Source of the DNA: Dimorphilus gyrociliatus
Lineage: Eukaryota > Animalia > Annelida
Reading direction: 5' to 3'
Assembly: GCA_904063045.1 (NCBI GenBank)
Contig: CAJFCJ010000006.1
Span: forward strand, 2,780,946-2,844,945
DNA: 64,000 nucleotides
This document shows positions 36,014-51,699 of this stretch, in pieces. The notes under the pieces were generated by a model. That model had not been told where the DNA came from and ran no database searches. It saw only the letters and a program-made list of their open reading frames with translations. Both the position numbers and the translations under genes were made by a program. Position 1 is the first letter of the stretch. Each line of letters begins with the position of its first letter.

Positions 36014-36451
36014 AGAAAACATCAATCAAACCCTTTTTTCGTCATTGTGCTTTTTGCTATGGTCATATACAATTAACGGTAAAGAATGTCAACAAGAAAC
36101 TGTATAGCAGTGTTATAGAGCATTGTTAACACAAATATCGATAATATGGCCTACTTTTAATCTAGAATATTAAAAATGCTAAACTTGCGGCTACTTACTC
36201 TTTAATAATTTTCTTCATTTTAATTCATTTTAACTGTTACTAACCCAATTAGTTCAATCTGAAAGTAAATAAAAAAAATCAACTCTGAAATAATAACCTT
36301 TAATCTCTTACCTTGCTATAAATTGAGATGAGTTACTCGTCTATACATTCACTTATCAGAAGCTATTGATATCAACGTAAGCCAAGATAATTTAAAAGTA
36401 CAGAACTTCATGGTCTTTTAATCATTTTATAGTGTCAGTATCGATACGAAT

Positions 36452-38052
36452 ATGTTACGGAAAAAAGACAAGAAGCACGAGAAAGAAATTAAGAGGCTAT
36501 CCTCTCTAACTCAGGAAGACTTGCTTGAACATTATAAATCAATAGCCGAGGACGCTTGGAAGAATGCCTTAGAGATATTAGACACGAACGATGGATGGAA
36601 AACCGAACAAGTGAGATTTTATAATTATACAGTTAAAAATATGCTTATAAAAAAAATTATCTGATATGAAAGAAGTGAACACTTTATATGTTATATAATC
36701 ATTTACAATTACCCTAGGGTCAATGTCGTATGAGTCTTCAAATTATTTTCTTGTTTAGATTAAGATGATAAATATCAAAGCGGTCAATGTAAACCTCACA
36801 CTCGGGTAATCTTAAAAGTACCTATAATTATACAAAACAAGCTTCACTTTTATCTTGTTTCCAAATAAACGTGCTCACTCATTCGTAAACTTACTTAATG
36901 ACCCGTAAAGAGCATGTAATAAATTGGTAGCTATTATTTTTTTTATAAAAGTTAGCTAAGTATTTTATCAAAGGTCAATGATTCGCGTAAAACTACAACA
37001 AAAATTATTTTAAGACAATGAACTCTAAGTAACAAATAGGCCAGTTAAAAAATATTATCAATTTTGCAGGGAAGCTGTGCTAAAACAGGTATGGTAACTA
37101 GTCGTAGTTTCGACAATTTTGGTAAAGTATTCAAGTTAGTGGGCGAAATTGATGCATCAGCCGAGGATGTTTTTGAAGAACTAGTCATAAACATCGACGG
37201 AGCACCCAGCTGGAATCCTACATTGTCCGACACTCGCCTTTTACTTAAAGTTACAGATAACATTGATATATCTTATCAAGTCGCTGCAGATGCTATAGGC
37301 GGTCTGGTATCAACGAGAGATTTTGTTAATCTCAGGCATTGGGGTCCGTATAGAGATTATATTGTGTCCTCCGGATGTTCTGTTATCCATCCAGATTATC
37401 CCCCCATTTCAAAGGTCGAATTTCAACTTTTTCACATATTTAAACTAATTACAGACGGATTAGTGTCACCAGTCATTCAAAATTTTTTATCATGAACCTA
37501 AATTATGTAAATTAGTATCATTTCTGTTATCTCTGAATGCATTATCACTTTTAAGAAAAGGATCAACGTAAAAGCTAATGCCGTCGTAAAAATGTCAAAA
37601 CTGAATTATTTCAAATCTTTTGAAAACACGCTAGTACTTTCCATTAAAACCATATTAAAATAATGAAACCTAAACAATTGGCTACATTAACGAGAAATTA
37701 AAATTGAAATTCGACCTAAATAGTGTGTTAGAGGCGATAACAAAGCGGGTGGTTGGGTCTTCCACAAAACGGGCAAAAATAAATGCACACTTATGTGGCT
37801 CGTCTCAACAGACCTTAAGGTAAGACGTTTGAAATGATAAATTTAGAACAGTCAAGCACCTGCTACCTACAGATTTTCGCGACAGGTGCAGACATTCTGT
37901 GTATCATTGTGCCTTTAGAGCAACCAGTATTTTTTAGACACTTTTAATTGCAGGGCTGGCTTCCGCAATTTACAGTTGATTTGGCAATGTCGAAAACGTT
38001 AATGCAATTCCTTGACTTAGTAAGAAATCGCATGAAGGATTTAGGAAAATAA
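36452..38052 (+). CDS. START-domain lipid-transfer protein (STARD1/STARD3-like)
   Basis: Segments GWKTEQ|, GKVFKLVGEID, PSWNPTL, ISYQVAADAIGGLVSTRDFVNLRHW, CVRGDNKAGGW and LVSTDLK|GWLPQFTVDLAM match START-domain motifs. No MENTAL domain was seen. Confidence 0.85.
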
Positions 38053-38139
38053 ATTTACAATGCTGACGTAACTTTTAATGAATTAATGGCCAGCTTGTAC
38101 ATAAAAAGCACAACAATAGTTTAATGAGTTTTAAACTTA

Positions 38140-40682
38140 TCAATTCTCTGCTGATTCGCCTCCCGCTACTGCGCTTTCGGCTGCTTTTTCGGCCTTCTTT
38201 TTCTTCTTCTTGGCAGCCTTTCGACTAACAGCACTCGACAATAGCTCCTATATAGAAACACAGGTGCAAATAATGCCTTAAGTAAAATTTCCTGATAAAA
38301 ACCTTTATCTCAGCGTTTTCAATCTTTCTCTCCGTTTTAAACACATCAGCATCAAACGGCAGACCGGTTATTCTCATTGGTCCATTTGGCATAAGTAGAA
38401 TAGTGAATTTGAATTGGGCCACAAATTCACCTATTGAAAATAAGTGCTCGCTTAAAGTATCTACCCAAGCATAAAAGACTTACCGTCTCTTTCGTAGAGA
38501 ACATTAAACGGATCTATTAAATTATGCTTTACGCATTCCACCACTCCCATTCGAGCTTTTTTTTCGTCTTCCAAACTCCTGAAATCCGTTATTCAATCAT
38601 CAAAGAAATACTTTTTATAGTTATTTGTAACAGTTTACTGATATTTAATCTATGAATTATTTTTTTTATTTACCTAATTGAGAAGGGCATAGCACCGCAC
38701 TTTCTTTCAATTTCTGAATAGAATTGGCGACTGGCTTTCATTTTCAGATTATAAACAGAGTCCTTCTTTTTATATACTGTGCATCTTGTATCCTGTTCGC
38801 GACCTTTTCCTTCCCCAGACGAAATTAGGATATCAACAGCATAGACTTCGTGAACTTCAATATTCGCCTTTTCATGCTCTCGCCTTAATATTTATAGAAA
38901 CTCGAATTAGTTTATTGTTTTAACAATAAAAATCCCAAATCAGTGACTTTACTACCCCGATGACAAAGATACAAAGAGAGATAAAAAGCAAATCTTGATT
39001 TATGCTCTAAAGTTGGCATTCCCTTCGGAAAATTATCGGAGTAATATATTAAGTAGTAAATTATAACTACTAAATACATATTTAGTATTTAAAAAAAAAC
39101 ACACACACACACACCTGTGTACTTCGTTGGGATTCTGAATGATTGCTTTGTCACCATCAATTACATTTCGTTTAAGTTGGTGAGATAGCATTCCTGATAG
39201 AAAATTATAGATTTAAATAATAGGAAAATCGCGTATTTCACATGTACCTTCAATGGGTTTGCAGCCATACTCTTCAGAAACCTTCTGAATGGTATCAGTA
39301 ACTAGATAATTCTGTGAAAAAATTAGCTTTTAGTAGAGATAGCTATCAGTGATTCTGAGATATACCTCGTTTCCAGGTTTAACAGTCCTAATTGCCGCTT
39401 CAGCGCATTGATGAGCTGCCCACATAACATCGGCTTTCTTTCCAGTGACAGGGTTAGTCTAAGGAGATTGTTTCATTCTTTTAATTGTTTCAATTAGTAA
39501 ATTTATAACTTACTTTCGATGCTCCCAAGACCAAAGAGTGAGCAACAACAGCTATATATCCGTCAATATGGGCACCGAGGTCTCTGGATAAATAAAAAAT
39601 GTTATTCTCTAAGGATTACATTCAAAAGAAATTTTTGACTATTGCTTGGTATTTTCTTCAAATTCACTCATTTTACATATTGGGACATATTTATCTAATT
39701 CTTTACTACAAAACTATGCTTTACTTAAGAGATATAATTAATCTTTATTGCTATTCATAAAAAATAATAGCAGAGATTTTAAGAAGCTTGAAGGGATCAT
39801 ATTTTTTCTAGGAAGCCTTTAAAATTTCCTACGAACAACAAAAATAGAGGCCAATATTTGCTTACGAAGATTATCTTAAAAACTATAAGGTCAATATAAC
39901 AAAACTACTTGAGTGTTTGTCTCTTAATCTCTACGTGTCTTGAATGACTCTTAAATCGCAAAACTTTAGTATTAATAAATGGATTATTCTAAGAAAACAA
40001 CTCTAGACTACTATATAGTACGAGAGTTAAATATTTAGTTATTCTAAAACTTATGTCTTGGTGATATTTGAATTAAACATAGCTACCAAATTTTTAAATA
40101 TAAGCATGATAAATTGATTTCTTAAAAAAATTATTGAATTTGAATTTTGTAGCGGTTAAGTATTAGATTTTACTACTCGTTCTTGCTTACATTTTGATTA
40201 AATCTCCGTCCTTTATTTTAATATCTGGATCACTTCTCAAGGGAGAGTAGTGGCATATGCAGTTATTCACCGATATACATGTCGGAAATGCAATTCCTGA
40301 AGAAAAAAAAGTGTCATTTGATTATGCAATATTGAATTCACTCAATAGTTACCTTTTTTCATGGTTTTCTCCTTTTTATAAACGCTTGAAGTTTCTTCAG
40401 TCAAGCGTTTATCTCCAAAGAGACATAGCTCGAATACAGAGGCGTCTGGCTCGCATTTTTGGACAATTTCAGATAGAACCTCTGTTAACAGGATACACGT
40501 GGTAATTGGATAATCATAATTTTTTACAGTTTTATAATGTGTAAGTTTATGAAAAGTGCATAAAAATGTTTGAATATATTTTTTAACTTACTATTGACCA
40601 TCTCTGCGGCCATTTTATACTTAGTTACGACTAAATCAGTCGCTACAGTATCAGACACCGAATCAGTTTCTTTCTCCGCCAT
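38140..40682 (-). CDS. PA2G4: Proliferation-associated protein 2G4 / EBP1
   Basis: Exons read [81 protein letters not shown] and [21 protein letters not shown], then a Lys-rich tail. Stop TGA at 38140-38142. Confidence 0.95.
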
Positions 40683-41250
40683 TTTGTTTCACGTTGTATT
40701 CCGGAAGAACATTAAAATGTGGCTCCCCGATAGGAATTTTTTAATCAAAATTTTAACATACACGAAGGGGTCCAGTCTTAGTGTGGTTTGCATTCCGGAT
40801 CTATTTATTTTTTTCCTTCTGAATGAAGGGCGTTGAGGAACCATACAAATTCTTTAAAATTAAGTACCCAATGAGCATTCACTAGTATGTGAAAGTTTAC
40901 TCCGAATGCGACTTGACGAACCGATTTTAGTTTAGCTGGAATACTTGTGCATCTAAAGTTTCTTTTAATCAAGTTTGGACAACAAAAGTTTTAAATGAAT
41001 ATTTTTTAGTCAGAATGTATTACAGGTTTGTTGATTTAACAAACTTAGCTATAGAAAAGTGAAAGTAAATAGAGCGATATTATGTGCAAATGACAGTTCT
41101 GGAAGTTACGTAATTGATCGTTGACCACCGGCTCTTAACCTATTCTTAATCTTACATAATCGAGTCATTAAATTAGAAGAGATCTTTAATTAAGCGCTAT
41201 CTCCAACCTTGCCAGATTGACCACCCACGAAGGGAGGACATAAATCAAGC

Positions 41251-44770
<3,520 letters not shown>

Positions 44771-44935
44771 AAAGGATTTTATACAAAAGAAATTATTGTT
44801 TTTATCTCATTTAAAAAAAGAAAAAAAGATTACAAGACATACTTTTTTTTTTACGATTGTTATATATTTCTTGTTATTTGTTGCAACGAAAAATTTCATA
44901 TCATTGATGTATGATTTTTGTTGATTAGTTATAAA

Positions 44936-44975
44936 AGTATATATATATATATATTATATATATATATATATATAT
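44936..44975. repeat. (TA)n microsatellite. Similar simple repeats: (TA)n at about 34112-34136 and 46381-46470, (GA)n at 45556-45578, (CA)n at 39100-39114
   Basis: Direct reading of dinucleotide runs. Confidence 0.85.
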
Positions 44976-46381
44976 TAATAATGTATATTTTTTTCTATAT
45001 GATATATTTCAGATTTTTTTGTATACCTTTTTTTTTGTACCTCTTTCAAAAAATATTAAGAATATCTAATAGTATTTGAAAGAAGAAAACCCCCACCTTT
45101 ACACTAACGTCTCTAAATATTCGATAAACTTTTCGTTTTCTTTTTTTAATTATTATATATCGTATGAGAGAATGAAAACGAAAAAAAAATTATAAATGAA
45201 TAGGTTTCATTGATGACAAACTTGAAAAATATATTTTGTTATCATTTGTTTGTCCAATCAAGTACCTTTAAGTGCCAATTAGTTATAATCGTGGTTACTC
45301 TATTTCCTGTGATTTTGATTAAGTGTTCCGAAAACAATTGTTACGATGATTGGAACTTGACAATTTGTTTTTTAACTTGTTTGTTTGTTTTTTTTTTAAA
45401 GTATTCTTGTTTGTTTTGATACATAATTCTACATGTATACCTCGACAAAAGATAAAAAAAAAGAAGGAACAAATCGGGACTCCACTGCAAGCTTTAATAA
45501 CATTTTATTATAAATTTTTTGACACAAAGAAAAAATAGAAAGGGAACAAACAGAAAAGAGAGAGAGAGAGAGAGAGAGAAAAGATATGAAGAAAATAATG
45601 ATGATAAGAGAAAAAAAAAGTATATTAATTCATACACATATCCGTATTATTAATAAGTTTGTAAATATTCATTTTTTTGTTTGTTTTTTTTGTTTATTAT
45701 TTTTAGTCTCATACTGTAGATTTATGCAGAATTTTCCTTTTTTTTTTTTTGAAAAATGTTCGTATTTCTGTAAAGAAAACAAAGAAAATATTTTTTTTTT
45801 AAATATAAATAGAACCTTTTTTATGATGCAGAATTATTATTAAACAAGAGTATAAAGTTACAATTTTTCCTGACCCTAGAAGTGTCAGAACCCGGTCAAG
45901 AATTTTATATGAAAAATGTGTACAATATTATATTGCATATATAACCTTGCATTAGGACAATGGTGATAAATATAAGATGGAAGTTGGAATGCGCTGAGCC
46001 GCTGCCCTTTGTCAAGCTTTAGCAATTCAGGAATGTTAAACTTGAGTAGGGTACAATCTCCTTCTTTATCGTCCTATTTGCGATAAGTAAAGTTATATTG
46101 GGTTAACGATGTAAAAATTGATAGAAAGCGATAATTCAGGTTGAAAAAATAAATAATAATACCTTCACTTTGGTTATAAAAGAAAAATAGAGGAAAATGA
46201 AAGCGACTCAAAGAGAAATGGCTTTCTTTTGTTATTTTCAAATTTATTATGGTCTTTATATTGAGTATAAGAATCACGAGTTTTCAAACTTCGATAAGTC
46301 ATAATTTTATTATAGAATTCTTTTATTCTATTCGTAAAAGGTGTTGATAATTAGCATAATTATCCGGTGCCATAATAATTG

Positions 46382-46413
<32 letters not shown>

Positions 46414-47161
46414 GTACAAAATCTATATATAAATCTGCATATAAATTTATATATATATATATATATTAGTATATATAATGAACGAACTGAATATGTACAT
46501 AAGTGTGCTATCAAATTTCTAATATTTTGTATAATAAATGATAGTTAAGCCTATAAATTTCAGTTAAAAAACGACGATTTACGTCAACCTCCTCAGAATT
46601 GAGAATTTAAAATGTTTTATCTGATAGTATTAACGACCCATTGTCTGATAAAGGATGAATTTTAAAGATTGCCTTATCAAGGAAAACAACACCGGAACTT
46701 GCAAGAAAATGTCCTATTTGAGGGTAATTGCCCCTTTAAGTATTAGTGCGAAAAGAATATTGAAAGATATACGGCATCAAAAAGTAATCGGTTAGTTCAA
46801 AAGTCTACCCATAGGCTAAATGCGGTCGATACAAAATATTCTAATTAAGCCTATCACACTCGATTAACGCTAATAGGTATCATTAACGTATGAATTCTTG
46901 ACAAAATTCTTTATAGAATTTATTCGATACAGTATTATACGGAAAGGGAAAGTAAAATATTACAAATTCCTCATCATATAAAGGAGCGGAGCTTAATTCT
47001 ATTTTTGAAGGAGTGTTTCTATTTCTTTCGTTTTTTTTTAATATTGCAGTATTAATCATGTATTTTCAAAGATAATTATTGTATGTACAATAGACTGATA
47101 TTACTCTCGTAACAATTATAGCACTTGTACGTTTTTTTTATTATCTGTATATTTATGTCGA

Positions 47162-49925
47162 TTACCAAACATCTTCATGATATCTGTGATGCAGCCTCAT
47201 TTGCATGAGAAATTTCCCAGCGCTTTCAAGATCCATATCTAAAAATATAATTGAATAAAATTTGATTATATCTCTCTTGAACAGTAATTTGTTGACGTAC
47301 GTTGTAGCGTATAATGCCTATGCATGTAGACGCTACATAGACTGTTTAAATTGTATATTCAATATTTACTTTTACCTGAATGATTAGCCAAAATTGTAGA
47401 AAATGCTGAATTGACATCTTTACTCATATTCTTCGCATCGCCGCAAACGTATATAATTGCATCTTTCTCTAAAATTAATTTACTTAGTTCTACAGCCTCT
47501 TTTCTGATTTGATCTTGAACGTATTCATGATTATCTTCTCTTGAATAGGCTACTCTTAATTCAGTAAGAATTCTCTTCGAAAGGAAGTCATCCAAGGACT
47601 GTCTGTGGTTATAAAAATAAAATATACATCAAGTTTAGCTTGAGAAAATTTAGATATTTTATTTAACAGAGTTATTAAACAGAATATTTTTCTATAGATT
47701 CTGTGCCTATTTGACCTTATTGCGGTTAAAGGATTGGTTTATACCAAACGCATTGAATTATGAATGAAAGAACTTTCTATTTACTTGAATAAGAAGTCTC
47801 TTTCTCTATGTCGGCAGCCGTAAAACAACCATCTTAAATTTACTTCATTAACCTCTTTTCCCTCAAGATGCTCTAAAAATCCAATAAAAGGAGCTACCCC
47901 AGTTCCTGGTCCAACCATAATTAACGGTCGATCTACGTCTTTAGGAAGTCTAAAGGATGAATTTTTCCTTTTGAATATGCGAAGTTTGAAGGTCTGTTTG
48001 CGGCCTAATCTCATGGCTCTTGTTAAATGCTCTACCCATCCAGTAAATACACCATCCCTTTTGTAAAGTCGCCCATCCCCTGATTCAATTTTTATGACGT
48101 TGAATACAATACGAATTCTTGAAGAAGATTTTAGAGGTGAATTACAAACTGAGTAAGGTCTGGGCATTAAACGAGGTAGGTGTTCTGAAATGAATCATAA
48201 AAACACTTATCTCTTTTTTTAATTTATGCAAAAGTACCATTAAACTGTACAAGATTAACAATAAATAGCAATTCATCTTTTGATCATTAAACAGTAAACG
48301 GTAAATAAAAAGTGACTACCTACCAATCAGCCTCTCAAAAGAGATTTCTACTGATGGAAAGTGTAACAGAATATCTAATACAGATAGGGACATCTGACGG
48401 ATATATTTCATATATTCGTCATTTCCCTGCCTTGAACACAATTCCAGAAGGCGTCTTTTCTGATCGGCATTTCGAGCCAATTCTCCCATTGTACGAATCA
48501 GACCCTTTGTTTTTTAATGTTTTGTAAGATTTAGGACGGTGCGTTTTTCTAATATAATAAATATTACTTACCTTACTAGGACTACGAATGTCGCAACAAT
48601 ACGTTAAAACTTCCCTAGGAGTACATTTTGTAGGAACGAAAGCAGGAACCGCTGCTCTACGTTTTGTTGTTCCCTCCTTAACTGACAATTCGCAGAAATC
48701 ATCTGCAGATTCGATCATGTTGATTCTAAATGCAATACAATAAGAAAAGTATATTTATTGTTGAAACTGTACTTGAAAGTTAATTTTTATAATACCGAGT
48801 CAGTAGTTTATCTACTTCTGTTGCCTCATTCTGACAAAATATACCAAAAGCGTCTCCAGGTTCAAAATCAACCTTTTCCTATGACAAATTACATTATATA
48901 TATATATACTGTATACATATATTTAAAAACTTGTCGTACTGGCAAATCCATTTCCAACATAATGGCTAGCTTTACAGCGTCCCTCGATGTTAATTCTACG
49001 GCATTTATAACTTCACAATTCATAATAGAACCTTCTAGGAGATTCGGAGGAGCATTGTTTTGGCAGACGGCAATTTCATTATTCTAGAGAAAAAAATTTT
49101 TAAATTAGGCCTATTAAGTGAAATCTTTTCTAACTGTATTATATAATAATTCTTTTTATTTACTTACGTATTCGTCGTCGTTCTCTAATGTCTTTACTGC
49201 TAGAAAATCAGCTGGGAGTGCAGGAACAGTTAAATTAGACGATTGTAGACTTTCACTACCATTTACGATACTTTCAACAGTTTTATCAATTATCCATTCT
49301 TCTTCATCTTCGATTATTTTAGAGGACCCATCACTATTTTCATTGGTAGTTATGGCTTCAAGCCGATTAGCTATCTCATTAACGCATGTTTCACCAAGAA
49401 CCGCGGGTAGAACTTTAAACAAACCATCTATCCATGGCTCAACAACACTCTCTAAACCAACAGCATCGTCGGCAAAACCTGTTTCATAGAATCTTTTCGC
49501 TCCTATTTTCTCCAATTGCTCATCACACGTACGCCCATAGTTGCAGAACGAAGTGTAGTTTGTATCTCCAAGCGCCAAAACGGCATAACGAACATTAGAC
49601 AAACTTTTTGAAGATCTCACTCTTCTTAGGAATCTGAGAGAGTTAGACGGCGGTTCGCCGTCACCAGTTGTTGAAGCAACAATTACAACAACTACGCTTC
49701 CCTCAAATTCGAACTGGTTAAGGAAAATAGATTATCGATATTAAAGTTTTTTTCCATTATAAAACAAGTTAATCAAAAATTTACCTTTCTATTAATATCA
49801 TTCAAACAGTATCTCAAGGGAGCAAAGCCTTGCTTTTCTGCATTATCTGCAATATCCTGTGATATAGCTTCTGCTTGTCCCGTTTGGGATCCATATAAAA
49901 CAAGAAACTTATTTTGTTGCATCAT
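47162..49925 (-). CDS. MTRR: Methionine synthase reductase (diflavin oxidoreductase)
   Basis: FMN motifs [31 protein letters not shown] and [24 protein letters not shown] motifs [45 protein letters not shown] and [14 protein letters not shown]. The C-terminus RYHEDVW* and the overall layout match MTRR. Confidence 0.9.
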
Positions 49926-50189
49926 TCTTTTTTATTATAACAATTGGATCTTATTTAAAACTTGACTTTTAATAAAATCGTAATATATTGTACATGTAAA
50001 TTTCTTATAATGATTTTAATGATATATGTCAGCTGTCATTTAATTTTGTTAGCTGCCCTCCTGGTAGAGGCAAATGAGGCAGATTATCGCCGAGCACATG
50101 TTTTTATTAAGATACAGCATTAGTATTGTAGCGCGATACTTAAAGTTGGATACAAATCCACTACTGTTCTTAAATTAACATTAAGGACG

Positions 50190-51204
50190 ATGAACCGGAA
50201 CCCAACTATAAGAGAAGTAAGGGTGGTTTTCGTAATATTTTTGAATAGCTTTTAAATCGGATCGGAGTTGGAATCCACACATTACTTCCCGCCATGGACA
50301 TAGATGATATTGAAAAGGAATATGAGAAGTGGTTTTTTTTCTTGGCAAAGGGATTTAATGTGCTTGTACAAGGATCAGGATCCAAAAGAAGTTTAATTGA
50401 AAACTTCCGGACAAAACACCTGATCGATTATGACACTCTGGTGATCAATGGATTTTTTCCAAGCCTTTCAATCAAGCAGGTGAGATCTCATACATTTCCA
50501 CTTTTGCCCATTTCATATTTGTATACAATTAACAGATACTTAGAGATATATGCAAAGAATTACTCGATATTGATGTTCCAACTGGAAAGCCGGAAAATAT
50601 ATGCGATGAAATTGTGTCAACTCTAAAGACGGCAGAGAGAGATATTATTTTAATAATTCACAACATTGACGGTCCCAATTTACGAAATTTTAAGATTCAG
50701 AATATATTTTCCCAACTCTCTAGAAGCAATCGAGTAAAAATCGTCTGTTCAATTGATCATCCGAATGCTCATCTCTTGTGGGATAACGTTCGAATGACAA
50801 ATTTGAAATTTGCTACTTTTAAAGTGGACACAAACGAGGATTACAGTGTTGAGCAGTCGTACGAAAAATCAACAGCCAAGAGGAACGCTCAACTTAGCGT
50901 TTCGGCCGCAAATCACGTTCTCTCATCCCTAACGCCAAACGCAATAAAGATATTCTTTTTACTAGCTGAACACCAGTTAGAACATGGAAACGAGGAAGAC
51001 TACAACGGCCTATCATTTACCGATTTATATTCGCAATGTCGCCGAGAGTTTCTAGTAAACAGCGATCTGACTCTTAGAACTCAATTAATCGAATTTAAGG
51101 ATCATAAACTAATTAAATTGAAGAAAGGTGTAGACGGTGCAGAAATGCTCACAATATCTCTGGACGATGAAAGTTTAAAAGAAGTTATGGAAAACAATCA
51201 TTAA
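50190..51204 (+). CDS. ORC2: Origin recognition complex subunit 2, N-terminally shortened (about 308 aa, 3 exons)
   Basis: Exons 50190-50216, 50249-50479 and 50536-51204 read MNRNPTIRE|LLNRIG...EYEKWFFFLAKGFNVLVQGSGSKRSLIENFR...INGFFPSLSIKQ|IL...IIHNIDG...SIDH.NA.LLWD...CRREFLVNSDLTLRTQLIEFKDHKLI. Confidence 0.9.
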
Positions 51205-51699
51205 ATTTTCCATATTTTTCAATCTAACAATTAAAAATAAACAAAGTCTTTTTAAATATATGCATTATACTTTATTCAATGTCGTATAACAAATAAAGGA
51301 CACGAGTTGCAACAACATTGTTTTATAGCCAACTTTTTTGAACGGCATTCCCGGAATTTTTAATCTTGGTAAAATTTTAAGTATGGAGAAAAACACCAAA
51401 GATAGACAAACAATTTTCAAATTTCTACGCGACAGTTTCTTCAGTTACAAAACAAAAAAGTGAAAGATAGACAAACCTACAATAAAAAAAAAAAACTTTT
51501 CGTAGCTTCTTTTGCCCAAAGACGAAAGTTTTTTAGATTTTCAAATATTAAGCATTTTCAAAATAAATTGTCCAGTTTTTAAAGACTTTATACAAAAAAA
51601 AAATATTACTACAATTTCTTGATAAACGATTTTTTGCTTGCACATTGTTACATGATTTCAATTTTTAAAAAGGGTATTTGGGAAAACTATTTACAGCAA

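Larger units (their letters stand above)
35330..36400 (-). ncRNA. Spliced non-coding snoRNA host gene (SNHG/GAS5-like)
   Basis: Canonical minus-strand introns at 36259-36311 (gtaaga..tttcag), about 35835/35850-36198 (gtaagt..), 35702-35782 (gtaagt..ttaaag) and 35457-35643 (gtaagt..cgacag). The short exons carry only AUG-ORFs under 20 aa, and two introns hold H/ACA snoRNAs. Transcript ends are approximate. Confidence 0.65.

Noticed and set aside
35470-36020. Reading the duplicated element as a coding repeat, a CRISPR-like array or a plus-strand snoRNA
   Set aside because: Spacing between conserved blocks is not a multiple of 3, and there are only two units. On the plus strand the H boxes are not at equivalent positions and the pockets match no rRNA site I could recall, whereas the minus strand fits on all counts.
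36020-36190. Possible third H/ACA snoRNA in the host intron (hairpin followed by ACA near 36050)
   Set aside because: No valid H box and no bipartite target match; left for a computational scan.
37855-37890. GCACCTG...CAGGTGC hairpin in a START-gene intron
   Set aside because: It has a 7-bp stem only, the following AGACAT is not a valid H box, and the second hairpin is weak.
44780-46520. ORF-track entries of 60-85 aa downstream of CDK4/6
   Set aside because: They derive from poly-T/A and (TA)n low-complexity sequence and are consistent with a long 3' UTR.
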